Part shown: piece by piece, positions 44,627-54,556 of the stretch
Layout: each line of letters opens with the position of its first letter
Numbering within the stretch: the stretch's first letter is position 1
Origin: Candidatus Levybacteria bacterium RIFCSPHIGHO2_02_FULL_40_18
GTDB taxonomy: Bacteria > Patescibacteriota > Microgenomatia > Levybacterales > GWA1-39-11
Direction: 5' to 3'
DNA: 64,000 nucleotides
Assembly: GCA_001782235.1 (NCBI GenBank)
Contig: MFOC01000007.1
Coordinates: 251,909-315,908, forward strand
Translations under genes and position numbers: made by a program
Notes under the pieces: generated by a model
What the model was told of the DNA's origin: nothing
Seen by the model: only the letters and a program-made list of their open reading frames with translations
Databases searched by the model: none

Positions 44627-46393
44627 ATGATTGTTCTGCTTCTTTTTGCGTTTCTCTCGGGTTTAGTAACAATTGCGGCTCCTTGCATTTGGCCGCTTTT
44701 ACCAATTATCCTTTCATCCTCGATTCTTGGCAGCGATCATAGAAGACCCCTTGGAATAACAATTGGGATTTTAATTAGTTTCGGAATTCTGACACTCACA
44801 ATCTCTTACCTTGTAAGCGTATTTCGCTTTGATCCAAGTATATTAAGATACATTGCCGTCGCAGTTCTTCTGTTTTTGGGCGTTGCAATGGTTGTCCCCC
44901 TATTGACTCGAATTGTTGAAGGATGGGTCTCGCGATTCGCTGGAAGATTCGGCCAAGCTTCCGGCCAACAAAACCCTGATTTTCTACACGGCCTTATTAC
45001 CGGTCTCTCATTAGGCGTTGTTTGGACACCATGTGCTGGGCCAATTTTGGCGGCAATCGCAACGCTTGCGGCAACGAGAGCTGTTAATTCTGAAATAGTT
45101 TTAGTGACAATTGTTTATCTTGTAGGTGTAGGAATTCCTCTGTTTATTTTCGCCTGGGGAGGACAAAGAATAGTGAGCAAAACTCGAGTATTTAATAAAT
45201 ATACCGGCATTGTTCAGAAATTCTTTGGAATTATTATAATCCTAACAGCACTTTTAATCGCAACGAATTACGATAAGGTTCTTCAAGCAAAATTACTTGA
45301 TGTGTTTCCAGCTTATGCAAAGTTTGTGGTGGATCTTGAAAGCAATGATGTAGTGAAAAAACAATTAGATCTAATTCGAAAGGATAAAAAAGACGACGAT
45401 ATGGTCGGTAAACCTTTTAGTCCAATGCCGGTCAAAAAACAAAATGATTTATTTAACGCAAATTTTCAGGCTCCGGAGCTTGCGGGTATTTCGAATTGGT
45501 TAAATTCGAACAAGCCCTTAACCCTTTCAGAACTTCGCGGAAAAGTAGTTTTGATAGATTTCTGGACGTACACATGCATTAATTGCATCCGAACTTTGCC
45601 GCATGTTACCTCTTGGTATGAGAAATATAAAGACAAGGGGTTTGTGGTTATAGGAGTGCATACTCCAGAGTTTGAATTTGAGAAGAAGACAGAAAACGTT
45701 GAGGCCGCAATCAAACAATACGGTATAAATTACCCTGTTCCTCAAGACAATGATTATAAAACGTGGGATGCTTTTAATAATCGATATTGGCCGGCAAAGT
45801 ACTTAATAGATAAGGACGGGATTGTTCGATATGTCCATTTTGGGGAAGGGAAATATGAAGAGACGGAAAAAGCAATTAGACTGCTCCTTGAAGAAGCGGG
45901 TTCGCAGATTAAGGAAGATATGTCAGGCCTTCCGGATGAAACGCCACGTGCTCGCAATTCGCCTGAAACTTATCTTGGTTCGCAGCGAATGAAATTTTAC
46001 TTTCCAAATGGCAGACTCGATAACGGAACATATAAAGATCTTGTAACCCATTCGAATATTCCGACAAATTCATTCACTTTAGGCGGAGATTGGGAGATTA
46101 TGGATGAATATTCGACTAGTGGTCAGAATGCGGTATTAGAATATCGATTTTCCGCAAGCAAAGTATTTTTGGTAATGAGACCAGTAGGTGGAGACGTTGA
46201 GGCTGTAAAGGTTTTTCTCGACGGAAAACTCGTCGATGGTTTAGGTTCAGGGTCGGACCCTGAGCGTGGGGTTGTAAAGATTGATTCGGATAGACTTTAC
46301 AATCTAATTGATCTTGCCGGAAATCGTGGCGAGTATTTACTTAGGCTCGAATTTTCCCCCAATATCGAAATCTTCGCTTTCACTTTCGGCTGA
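44627..46393 (+). CDS. CcdA/DsbD-type thiol-disulfide transporter fused to a C-terminal thioredoxin-like (TlpA/redoxin) domain and a further beta-rich domain
   Basis: CcdA motifs AAPCIWPLLP and WTPCAGPIL in the TM core. C-terminal WTYTCINCIRTLP CxxC motif. Confidence 0.6.
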   Translation: MIVLLLFAFLSGLVTIAAPCIWPLLPIILSSSILGSDHRRPLGITIGILISFGILTLTISYLVSVFRFDPSILRYIAVAVLLFLGVAMVVPLLTRIVEGWVSRFAGRFGQASGQQNPDFLHGLITGLSLGVVWTPCAGPILAAIATLAATRAVNSEIVLVTIVYLVGVGIPLFIFAWGGQRIVSKTRVFNKYTGIVQKFFGIIIILTALLIATNYDKVLQAKLLDVFPAYAKFVVDLESNDVVKKQLDLIRKDKKDDDMVGKPFSPMPVKKQNDLFNANFQAPELAGISNWLNSNKPLTLSELRGKVVLIDFWTYTCINCIRTLPHVTSWYEKYKDKGFVVIGVHTPEFEFEKKTENVEAAIKQYGINYPVPQDNDYKTWDAFNNRYWPAKYLIDKDGIVRYVHFGEGKYEETEKAIRLLLEEAGSQIKEDMSGLPDETPRARNSPETYLGSQRMKFYFPNGRLDNGTYKDLVTHSNIPTNSFTLGGDWEIMDEYSTSGQNAVLEYRFSASKVFLVMRPVGGDVEAVKVFLDGKLVDGLGSGSDPERGVVKIDSDRLYNLIDLAGNRGEYLLRLEFSPNIEIFAFTFG

Positions 46394-46550
46394 TTTGATA
46401 CTTGACCCATTCGACTCCCGTTTTAACCTCTCGACTTCTCTCGGTGCAGTCAAGTTAGTATTTTACTACTTGACGATTAGGTAAAAATTTTGTATGATCT
46501 ATTCCGCACCTGAAATTCAGAGGGTGTTTTTATTTGCAAAATTCGATAAT

Positions 46551-47732
46551 ATGGCTGGAAAATTTGAAAGAACAAAACCACACATTAATATTGGAACTAT
46601 TGGTCACGTAGACCATGGTAAAACCACACTGACCTCTGCTATTACTATGGCTTTAGCCAAAAAAGGCATGGCCGAAGCCAAGAAATATGAAGATATTGAT
46701 AATGCCCCTGAGGAAAAAGCCCGCGGAGTCACCATTAACATTTCCCACCAAGAATACGAAACAGAAAAAAGACACTACGCTCATATTGATGCTCCTGGGC
46801 ACGCAGATTACATCAAAAACATGATTACGGGAGCAGCTCAGATGGACGGAGCAATTCTTGTAGTCTCAGCTGCAGACGGTCCAATGCCTCAAACAAGAGA
46901 ACACATTCTTCTTGCTCGCCAGGTTGGAGTTCCGGCAATTGTGGTTTTTCTTAATAAGGTTGATATGGTTTCAGATCCTGAGCTTATTGATCTTGTTGAA
47001 ATGGAAGTTCGCGAACTCTTGACTAAGTACCAATACCCGGGAGCTGATGTGCCTATTATTAAAGGTTCGGCTCTTAAGGCTACTCAAGGTGACGCTGAGG
47101 CTGAGGCACAAATCATGGAGCTTATGAACAAGGTTGACGAATATATCCCAACCCCAACTCGCGATATCGACAAACCGTTCTTAATGCCGGTTGAGGATGT
47201 TTTTTCAATTAAAGGCCGTGGAATAGTTGTAACAGGCCGTGTTGAACGAGGACAGACAAAAGTCAATGACACAATAGAGATTGTTGGAATTAAAACAACA
47301 AAATCAACGGTTATCACAGGGATTGAGATGTTTAGAAAAAGCCTTGATGAGGCTCAAGCCGGGGATAACGCCGGACTTCTCCTTCGCGGAATTGAAAAGA
47401 AAGACGTTGAAAGAGGACAAGTTATTGCAAAACCAGGTTCAATTACCCCACACACAGAATTTGAAGCAGAGGTTTATGTTTTGACAAAAGAAGAAGGTGG
47501 ACGCCACACACCGTTCTTCACAGGATACCGCCCGCAATTTTATATTCGAACCACAGACGTAACCGGCGAAATTAAACTTCAGGAGGGCGTTGAAATGGTC
47601 ATGCCAGGAGACAATACCAAGATGAACGCAACATTGATTGTTCCAATCGCACTTGAAGAAGGAATGAGATTTGCAATTCGCGAGGGTGGTAAGACAGTAG
47701 GCGCAGGCGTAATTACTAAGGTTACTAAATAA
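46551..47732 (+). CDS. tuf: elongation factor Tu
   Basis: [10 protein letters not shown] and DAPGHADY motifs. Start set at [11 protein letters not shown]. Confidence 0.95.
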   Translation: MAGKFERTKPHINIGTIGHVDHGKTTLTSAITMALAKKGMAEAKKYEDIDNAPEEKARGVTINISHQEYETEKRHYAHIDAPGHADYIKNMITGAAQMDGAILVVSAADGPMPQTREHILLARQVGVPAIVVFLNKVDMVSDPELIDLVEMEVRELLTKYQYPGADVPIIKGSALKATQGDAEAEAQIMELMNKVDEYIPTPTRDIDKPFLMPVEDVFSIKGRGIVVTGRVERGQTKVNDTIEIVGIKTTKSTVITGIEMFRKSLDEAQAGDNAGLLLRGIEKKDVERGQVIAKPGSITPHTEFEAEVYVLTKEEGGRHTPFFTGYRPQFYIRTTDVTGEIKLQEGVEMVMPGDNTKMNATLIVPIALEEGMRFAIREGGKTVGAGVITKVTK

Positions 47733-47778
47733 CCTTGATTGCACTTTTTACAATTCGGTTCGAACATTAATTGCAAAG

Positions 47779-47802
47779 CCTACTGTTGAAGTAGGTTTTT
47801 TG
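47779..47802 (+). terminator. intrinsic terminator after tuf
   Basis: CCTACT-gttga-AGTAGG followed by TTTTTTGTTT. Confidence 0.6.
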
Positions 47803-47808
47803 TTTATT

Positions 47809-48120
47809 ATGGCAACGAAAGGAAGGATCAGAGTACGTTTAAAGTCATATGATTCAAGAATAATTGACTCAACATGTCAGCAAATCCTTGATACAGCTAT
47901 TCGCACAGGCGCAAAAGTTGCCGGTCCCATCCCTTTGCCAACCAAGCGAATGGTACTTGCGGTAAATAAATCCCCCTTTATAGATAAAGATGCTCGTGAG
48001 CACTTTGAGCTCAAAACCCACAAGAGGTTAATTGATATCCTAAATCCCACCGATAATACCATCGAATCATTGATCCATTTAGATCTCCCTGCAGGCGTCG
48101 ATGTCGAAATCAAGATGTAG
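47809..48120 (+). CDS. rpsJ: 30S ribosomal protein S10
   Basis: Begins MATKGRIRVRLKSYD. Confidence 0.9.
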   Translation: MATKGRIRVRLKSYDSRIIDSTCQQILDTAIRTGAKVAGPIPLPTKRMVLAVNKSPFIDKDAREHFELKTHKRLIDILNPTDNTIESLIHLDLPAGVDVEIKM

Positions 48121-48286
48121 CCTCGGGAAGTGTTGCATTTGGGTTCAAAACATTATATAATCTTTACTTGCATGTCCAAACTATTGATAAACTCACTAGT
48201 TACATGATTTCCGAGTCAATCCCTGGGACGTGAAGGAACGGCTCGAATGAGCCGTTTTTTAGTGCTCGAAGGGTCTTTAATAAATT

Positions 48287-49240
48287 ATGCAATCTTTAAT
48301 TGGCAAGAAAATTGATCAAACACAAGGGTTTTTAGAGGATGGGACGCGCGTTCCGCTCTCAATTATTTCCGTGGCAGGAAATGTCGTGATACAGGTCAAG
48401 ACAGGCGACCACGAGGGATATAATTCAATTCAACTTGGATTTGGAACTTGGAAGCGCCCAACCAAACCAATGGCAGGACACATTAAAAAAGCGGGGTTAA
48501 AAAAAATGCCTCGCTTTTTTCGTGAAATAAGGGCAGACGAAGCGCCAGCCTCGCCGAGTCTAGGCGGGCCGAATCTTGCACCAGGTTCGGCGATTTTAGT
48601 TTCAGAAGTTTTCGAGCCCGGCGACATAGTTGATGTTACTGGAATTTCAAAGGGCAAAGGTTTTGCAGGAGTTGTTAAGCTTCATGGATTTCATGGAGGT
48701 CCCAAAACTCACGGGCAATCTGACAGGCATAGGGCCCCGGGAGCAATCGGTTCAGGAACAACTCCGGGTAGAGTTTACAAAGGCAAAAGAATGGCAGGGA
48801 GAATGGGAAATGAGCGCGTGACTATCAAGAACCTTGAGGTTTTAGATGTGAAGGATGATACGATTTTCGTTCGAGGCCTAATTCCTGGAGTAAAAGGTTC
48901 GATCGTTACCATTACAAAAGTAGGGAAGAATAAGAAATTTAAGCCACTATGGGGCGGACTGAGCCCTGGCTCCGGCGAGGGCGAAGTAGCCGTGCGAGGA
49001 GAGCGAGACAGCGGTGGAACTGAAGAGTCGGATGTTCAGACGGCAGTAGATAATGTTTCCGAAGCTGAAAAAGCTGTCAAGACACCAGAGGAAGTAGAAA
49101 CAGCGCAAGACACAGTTGCTTCGGTTGCAAATTCGAGTGAAGGAAAACCTGCAGCCACTGACGGCACTGAGGAATCCGCTGAAAACACTGAAAAAAGTTC
49201 GCCAGGAAAGCAAGAGGAAGGAGAAGGTAATGCCAGTTAA
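48287..49240 (+). CDS. rplC: 50S ribosomal protein L3 with ~100-aa acidic C-terminal extension
   Basis: L3 core followed by an E/T/S-rich tail. The tail contains the 43-nt GC-rich module shared with the pnp tail. Confidence 0.85.
   Translation: MQSLIGKKIDQTQGFLEDGTRVPLSIISVAGNVVIQVKTGDHEGYNSIQLGFGTWKRPTKPMAGHIKKAGLKKMPRFFREIRADEAPASPSLGGPNLAPGSAILVSEVFEPGDIVDVTGISKGKGFAGVVKLHGFHGGPKTHGQSDRHRAPGAIGSGTTPGRVYKGKRMAGRMGNERVTIKNLEVLDVKDDTIFVRGLIPGVKGSIVTITKVGKNKKFKPLWGGLSPGSGEGEVAVRGERDSGGTEESDVQTAVDNVSEAEKAVKTPEEVETAQDTVASVANSSEGKPAATDGTEESAENTEKSSPGKQEEGEGNAS
48974..49017 (+). repeat. GC-rich in-frame module (family b) in the rplC tail
   Basis: GGCGAGGG...GCGAGGAGAGCGAGACAGCGGTGG. About 88% identical to pnp 9914-9953. 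Confidence 0.6.
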
Positions 49241-49997
49241 AAAAATCCCCGCTTCGCCAAGGCTTCGCGGGGCAAGCAAAACTACAGCTCAAAGGCCGAC
49301 TTCGATTAGATCGAGGTTAAAAACTGCGAAGGGGGCTTCGAAAGATTCAAAGTTTAGTGTTCCTGTGGTCGATCTGACCGGGAAGAGAAAAGGGAGCGTT
49401 GAGCTTCCGAAGGAGATTTTTGGGGCAAATGTAAATGAAAAATTAATGGCGCAGGCTGTTCGTGTCTATCTTGTTAATCAAAGACAGGGGACTGCTTCGA
49501 CAAAAACACGAGGAGAAGTCACCGGTTCGACCAGAAAAATTTATAGACAAAAGGGGACGGGACGAGCTCGCCATGGGTCTATCACTGCGCCAATATTTCG
49601 TGGCGGAGGAATTGTCTTTGGTCCAAGAGTCCGAGGTTTCTCTTTGAAATTATCAAAGCAGATGAAGAAAAAAGCTTTATCAAGCGCTTTAGCTCAAAAA
49701 CTTCTTGATCAAAAAGTTTCTGTAGTTGATTTAGAAGGCGTTAGTGGTAAAACCCGCGAGCTTGCCCAACTTTTCAAAAACCTTAAACTTTTAGATAAAG
49801 AAAAGAAGGACAACCAAGTTCTGTTTGTTTCAGCTTCGAAAGGAGAAGCAAAAAGGGCAGCCAGAAATATCCGTGGCATAACCGTTAGCAACGTAGAGTC
49901 AATAAATACATATGAAGTTTTGGCTAATAAATACCTTATTTTAGCTCGCGATGCAGTTCCAAATCTTGTAAATCATTTTATAAAAAATAATTTATGA
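49230..49997 (+). CDS. rplD: 50S ribosomal protein L4 (with basic N-terminal extension)
   Basis: L4 core from ~KFSVPVVDL. Start at MPVKK overlaps the rplC stop by 11 nt. The track start at 49116 overlaps rplC. Confidence 0.85.
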   Translation: MPVKKIPASPRLRGASKTTAQRPTSIRSRLKTAKGASKDSKFSVPVVDLTGKRKGSVELPKEIFGANVNEKLMAQAVRVYLVNQRQGTASTKTRGEVTGSTRKIYRQKGTGRARHGSITAPIFRGGGIVFGPRVRGFSLKLSKQMKKKALSSALAQKLLDQKVSVVDLEGVSGKTRELAQLFKNLKLLDKEKKDNQVLFVSASKGEAKRAARNIRGITVSNVESINTYEVLANKYLILARDAVPNLVNHFIKNNL

Positions 49998-50317
49998 ATG
50001 TAACCGATTATATTATCAAACCAATAGTAAGCGAAAAATCTTTTAATGAGGCTAAAAACAGCAATAAATATACGTTTTTAGTGAGGCGGGACGCAACAAA
50101 AACAGATATTAAAAATGCTATCGAAAAGTTATTTAATGTTAAAGTTTTGCGCATTTATACGGCGATTACTAAAGGGAAGAAAACCAGCTTTACGAGAAAA
50201 GGAAAACATACAATCGACCAATCTTATAAAAAAGCAAGAGTTAAACTTATGAAGGATCAAAAAATAGATATATTCGAAGAGCAGACAGACGACAAAAAAA
50301 AGAAAGGGAAGAAATAA
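49994..50317 (+). CDS. rplW: 50S ribosomal protein L23
   Basis: Follows rplD. Typical L23 core with a K-rich tail. Confidence 0.85.
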   Translation: MNVTDYIIKPIVSEKSFNEAKNSNKYTFLVRRDATKTDIKNAIEKLFNVKVLRIYTAITKGKKTSFTRKGKHTIDQSYKKARVKLMKDQKIDIFEEQTDDKKKKGKK

Positions 50318-50320
50318 GTT

Positions 50321-51061
50321 ATGGTAAGAAAGTTAAAAAAAATACTTAAAAAACAGTCAGGGAGGGATTCTCAGGGCCATGTGGCTGTTCGTCATCAAGG
50401 CGGCCGCCATAAGAGGTTTATGCGCGTAGTGGATTTTAAGCGAGACAAGTTTAACGTGCCCGGGACCGTGACTTCGATTGAATATGATCCCAACAGATCA
50501 GCTGATCTTGCCTTTGTTCAATACCAAGATGGAGAAAAAAGATATATTTTGGCACCGCTTGGGCTTTCTATGGGAGACAAAATTGTTTCGGGAGAAAGCG
50601 TTGATATAAGGGTAGGAAATGCTATGCCTTTAGGAAAAATTCCAATCGGGCAGCCAATTCATAATATTGAATTGACGCATGGCAGAGGAGGTCAAATTGC
50701 AAGATCTGCGGGGGATCAGGCATTTGTGATGGCACACGAAGACAGCTATGCTCATGTGAAGATGCCGTCAGGCGAAATAAGAAAAATTTTGATGAGTAAT
50801 TTTGCAACCATAGGACAACTTGGGAAAATTGAGTGGAAAGATAGGGTTCTTGGAAAAGCAGGAGTCTCTCGCCACATGGGTATTCGTCCAACGGTTCGCG
50901 GAGTTGCCATGAATCCAAGATCCCACCCTCACGGAGGAGGAGAAGGACGCTCCGGGATCGGTTTGAAATACCCAAAAACATATGCAGGCAGAAAAGCGGT
51001 TGGAAAGACTCGATTGAAGAAGAAGTACTCAAATAAGTTTATTTTAAAAAGGAGAAAGTAA
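50321..51061 (+). CDS. rplB: 50S ribosomal protein L2
   Basis: L2 C-terminal motifs (GRSGIGLKYPKT, HPHGGGEG). Confidence 0.9.
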   Translation: MVRKLKKILKKQSGRDSQGHVAVRHQGGRHKRFMRVVDFKRDKFNVPGTVTSIEYDPNRSADLAFVQYQDGEKRYILAPLGLSMGDKIVSGESVDIRVGNAMPLGKIPIGQPIHNIELTHGRGGQIARSAGDQAFVMAHEDSYAHVKMPSGEIRKILMSNFATIGQLGKIEWKDRVLGKAGVSRHMGIRPTVRGVAMNPRSHPHGGGEGRSGIGLKYPKTYAGRKAVGKTRLKKKYSNKFILKRRK

Positions 51062-51143
51062 AATTATTGATTATTTATTATAGATTATAGATTATTGTTC
51101 GAACAAATAATAAATAATAAACAATAAATAATATATAAAAAAT

Positions 51144-51431
51144 ATGAGTAGATCACTTAAGAAGGGTCCGTTTATCGATCCAAAATTGATGAAGAAAGTT
51201 CAGGTTCAAAAAGCTGCAGGAGGTACAATTGAGCCAATAAAAACGTGGGCACGGGCCTGCCAGATTCCTCCGGAATTTGTTGGACATACTTTCTTGGTTC
51301 ACAATGGGAAGAATTTTATAACCGTTAAGGTTGTCGAGAATATGGTTGGACATCGTTTAGGTGAATTTTCGCCGACTCGCATTTTCCGTGGACACGGAAG
51401 AGTCGTAGCACGAGAAATAAGCAAAACATAG
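51144..51431 (+). CDS. rpsS: 30S ribosomal protein S19
   Basis: [15 protein letters not shown] start and conserved order. Confidence 0.95.
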   Translation: MSRSLKKGPFIDPKLMKKVQVQKAAGGTIEPIKTWARACQIPPEFVGHTFLVHNGKNFITVKVVENMVGHRLGEFSPTRIFRGHGRVVAREISKT

Positions 51432-51512
51432 GGCAAATGGTTAAAATGGCTGCATGGCTACATAGCTTTAAAACCATGCAACCATGTAACTATTTAACTA
51501 TTTAAATTTAAT

Positions 51513-51953
51513 ATGGAATATATAGCAATAGCAAAAAATATAAAAATGTCGCCTCGTAAAGTGAGGCTGATCGTAGATTCGGTCAAGAAGCAAAACCTAA
51601 ACAAGAGTCTATCAACGCTATCTCTTATGTCAAAAAGAGCCGCAATGCCAGTAAAAAAAGCGATCGATTCGGCAATTGCAAACGCGGTTAATAATTTCAA
51701 AGTAAATCGCGAAGCACTTTCTATCCGAGACATAATTGTAACAGAAGGAATGAGATTAAAAAGATATCATTTTGCCGCTCGCGGTCGCACTCGACCGTAT
51801 AAAAGACGAACAAGCCACATCCGAGTGATTCTAACGGATAACAGTTCGGTAATAACTAAAAAACCTGCAACCACTGAAAACACTGAAAAATTAACTGAAG
51901 GCACTGTAAAAAACAGTGATAAAACAGCGGTTGCAAGGGAGGGAAGCAAATAG
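51513..51953 (+). CDS. rplV: 50S ribosomal protein L22
   Basis: Conserved order and core. Confidence 0.9.
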   Translation: MEYIAIAKNIKMSPRKVRLIVDSVKKQNLNKSLSTLSLMSKRAAMPVKKAIDSAIANAVNNFKVNREALSIRDIIVTEGMRLKRYHFAARGRTRPYKRRTSHIRVILTDNSSVITKKPATTENTEKLTEGTVKNSDKTAVAREGSK

Positions 51954-51954
51954 T

Positions 51955-52593
51955 ATGGGGCATAAAGTTAATCCGATTGCATTAAGATTAGGAATTCATC
52001 AAGGCTTTAAAAGCGTCGGATTTTATAGCAAGAAAAGCTATTCATCAACAGTGCTTCAGGATATAAAAATCCGAAAAGCGCTATTTGAAAAGCTCCGGCC
52101 GGCCGGTGTCGGCGATGTTGTTATTGAGAGGTCGCTCTCAAGTATTAAAATTACGATTTACGTAACAAGGCCGGGTATTGTAATTGGAAGAGGCGGAACT
52201 GGCCTTGAAGAATTGAAGAAACACATTGTTCAAATGCTTGGAATAACAAAAATTGATAAAAATGCCAAAAAATTAGAGCTTAAAGTAGAACCAATAAAAG
52301 ACGCCAATCTCAATGCATACTTGGTTGCTTCAAATATTTGTGAGCAGTTGGTCAAAAGAATGCCTCATAAGAGGGTAATGAAACAGGCGGTTGAGAAGGT
52401 TATGCAACAGGGCGCCAAAGGAGTACGAATTGTTTTGTCGGGAAGAATTGGAGGAGCAGAAATCGGAAGACGCGAGCGGCTTCAGGCAGGAAAAGTTTCT
52501 CTCTCAACAATAAGAGAGGATATAGATTATGCACAGGTTCCGGCTCTAACCAAGTCCGGTTATGTAGGAGTAAAAGTATGGATCAACCGGTAA
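51955..52593 (+). CDS. rpsC: 30S ribosomal protein S3
   Basis: Start at MGHKVNPIALRLG with GGGAGGG 12 nt upstream. KH and S3-C domains. Confidence 0.9.
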   Translation: MGHKVNPIALRLGIHQGFKSVGFYSKKSYSSTVLQDIKIRKALFEKLRPAGVGDVVIERSLSSIKITIYVTRPGIVIGRGGTGLEELKKHIVQMLGITKIDKNAKKLELKVEPIKDANLNAYLVASNICEQLVKRMPHKRVMKQAVEKVMQQGAKGVRIVLSGRIGGAEIGRRERLQAGKVSLSTIREDIDYAQVPALTKSGYVGVKVWINR

Positions 52594-52616
52594 CAGCTAG
52601 CTGTTGGCTGTTGGTA

Positions 52617-52657
52617 GTTAGCTAATAGCCAAACGCTAAAAGCTAACAGCTGAAATT
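52617..52657 (+). promoter_or_regulatory. conserved leader module upstream of rplP
   Basis: GTTAGCTAATAGCCAAACGCTAAAAGCTAA(C)AGCT, near-identical to 53586-53627. Confidence 0.5.
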
Positions 52658-53071
52658 ATGTTAACGCCTAAAAGAACAAAATACAGAAAACAATTTAAGC
52701 CAAAAATACAGGGGCAAATAGCTTTTTCCGGCAACCGCCTCTCCTTTGGAGAGTTTGGTCTAAGAGCTAGCTCTTCAGGTAATGTGACAAGCCGCCAGAT
52801 AGAAGCGGCTCGAAAGGCTATTACTCACTTTACGAAAAGAGGAGGAAGAATCTGGATTAGAATTTTCCCTGATAGGCCAGTTACAAAAAAGCCGCCCGAA
52901 ACCCGTATGGGCGGAGGGAAAGGGGATATTTATGAATATGTTGCGCCTGTGAAGATAGGGAGAGTGCTTTTTGAAATGGGAGGAATACCTGAGGTTGTTG
53001 CTCGCGAAGCACTAAGACTTGCTTCACATAAATTGCCGGTTGCGAGCGTATTTATAAAAAGAAGCAATTAA
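52658..53071 (+). CDS. rplP: 50S ribosomal protein L16
   Basis: Typical L16. Confidence 0.95.
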   Translation: MLTPKRTKYRKQFKPKIQGQIAFSGNRLSFGEFGLRASSSGNVTSRQIEAARKAITHFTKRGGRIWIRIFPDRPVTKKPPETRMGGGKGDIYEYVAPVKIGRVLFEMGGIPEVVAREALRLASHKLPVASVFIKRSN

Positions 53072-53074
53072 AAT

Positions 53075-53311
53075 ATGAAAAAGAACGAACTTGTTGATTT
53101 AAAAGGGAAAACAACTGATGAGCTTAGGAGACTTCTTTTAGAGAAAAGAGAGGAACTCGGAAAGCTTAAAATTGATCTTTCGCGCGCAAAGAGTAAAGAT
53201 GTAAACCAAGTAAGAAACGAAAGAAAAGACATAGCAAGAATACTAACAATATTATCTATTAAGGAAGGAGAGCAGTCGCGGTCCCGCCAAATGCGGGATG
53301 AGGCTATGTAA
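53075..53311 (+). CDS. rpmC: 50S ribosomal protein L29
   Basis: Conserved order. Helical and K/E-rich. Confidence 0.85.
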   Translation: MKKNELVDLKGKTTDELRRLLLEKREELGKLKIDLSRAKSKDVNQVRNERKDIARILTILSIKEGEQSRSRQMRDEAM

Positions 53312-53313
53312 TT

Positions 53314-53562
53314 ATGGCTAAAAAGACTTTTATCGGAAAAGTAGTATCTAACAAGATGCAGAAGACTGTGATTGTTCAAATTGAGCGATTGGTTCGACAC
53401 CCAGTTTACAAGAAAATCCTTAAAAGAACAACAAAAATTAAGGCTGACACTAATAATTTTGAAGTCGGCACTGGTCAGTCTGTGAAGATAGAGCAAGCAA
53501 GGCCAATGTCTCGTGATAAACATTTTAAGGTGGTAGAGGTGCTAAATGAGGAGAAAAAATAG
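53314..53562 (+). CDS. rpsQ: 30S ribosomal protein S17
   Basis: Typical S17. Confidence 0.9.
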   Translation: MAKKTFIGKVVSNKMQKTVIVQIERLVRHPVYKKILKRTTKIKADTNNFEVGTGQSVKIEQARPMSRDKHFKVVEVLNEEKK

Positions 53563-53585
53563 CCCTTGGCTATTGGCTGTTGGCA

Positions 53586-53627
53586 GTTAGCTAATAGCCA
53601 AACGCTAAAAGCTAATAGCTAAATAAT
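53586..53627 (+). promoter_or_regulatory. conserved leader module upstream of rplN (near-identical to 52617-52657)
   Basis: GTTAGCTAATAGCCAAACGCTAAAAGCTAATAGCTAAATAAT. Confidence 0.5.
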
Positions 53628-54002
53628 ATGGTTCAGCATAGATCAATGTTAAATGTAGCAGATAACACCGGGGTCAAACAATTGATGGTGATCCAAATAT
53701 ATGGTGGTTCAAAAAGAAAGCATGCAAAGTTAGGCGGACTATTGGGCTGTGTTGTAAAAAAAGTATTGCCAAATACCACGTATAAAAAGGGGGATAAAGT
53801 GAAAGTAGTGCTTGTTAGAACTAAAAAAGAGTTTAAGCGCAGAGATGGGACATATATTAGATTCTCTGAGAATGCGGCTGTAATTGTTGAAAATGAACAA
53901 AGCAAAGCCCCAATCGGTACTAGAATTTTTGGACCGATTGCTTATGAAATAAGGGATCTGGGATATGCCAAGATTGCCTCCTTAGCCAACCATGTTGTCT
54001 AA
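53628..54002 (+). CDS. rplN: 50S ribosomal protein L14
   Basis: Typical L14. Confidence 0.95.
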   Translation: MVQHRSMLNVADNTGVKQLMVIQIYGGSKRKHAKLGGLLGCVVKKVLPNTTYKKGDKVKVVLVRTKKEFKRRDGTYIRFSENAAVIVENEQSKAPIGTRIFGPIAYEIRDLGYAKIASLANHVV

Positions 54003-54048
54003 GGCGGATTTCAGTGGATTTTCGCGGATCTATAACTGATTAACACTG

Positions 54049-54384
54049 ATGATTATGAAAATAAGAAAAGGAGATACAATCAAGGTTCTAATCGGAAAAG
54101 ATAAGGGAAAGACAGGTCAAGTTGAGCGCATCTTTCCTAAAACTCGAGGCGTGCTTATCCTTTCGGTTAATGAGTATAAAAGGCATGTTAAAAGTAGAGC
54201 GAGGAATCCTGCCTCGCGGCAAGGCGGGCAAAAATCGGAAATTATTACAATCACTAAACCTTTGCCTATATCAAATGTTGCTCTAATCTGTCCCAAGTGT
54301 AAAAAGCCGACTCGTATAGGTTTTCAAATAGAAAAAGGGAAAAAAATTCGAATATGCAAAAAATGCAGTAAAGCAATCGACTAA
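54049..54384 (+). CDS. rplX: 50S ribosomal protein L24 with four C-terminal Cys (CPKC..CKKC)
   Basis: KOW motif GKDKGKTG. The C-terminal hairpin carries a CxxC-x17-CxxC pattern. Confidence 0.85.
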   Translation: MIMKIRKGDTIKVLIGKDKGKTGQVERIFPKTRGVLILSVNEYKRHVKSRARNPASRQGGQKSEIITITKPLPISNVALICPKCKKPTRIGFQIEKGKKIRICKKCSKAID

Positions 54385-54403
54385 AAAATACGGGGTGAAA
54401 AAG

Positions 54404-54517
54404 ATGAAAGTACAAGCTTCAGTTAAAAAAAGATGTATAAAATGCAAAATTATTAGAAGGCACGGCAAGCTTTATGTGATCTGTGATAATCCAAAACATA
54501 AGCAGCGCCAAGGCTAA
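54404..54517 (+). CDS. rpmJ: 50S ribosomal protein L36
   Basis: 37 aa, [37 protein letters not shown], with the C-x2-C-x12-C-x4-H zinc ribbon. Not in the ORF track. Unusual position between rplX and rplE. Confidence 0.85.
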   Translation: MKVQASVKKRCIKCKIIRRHGKLYVICDNPKHKQRQG

Positions 54518-54556
54518 GCTAGGAACTAGCAACTAGCAACTAGTGACTAGGAGTAT

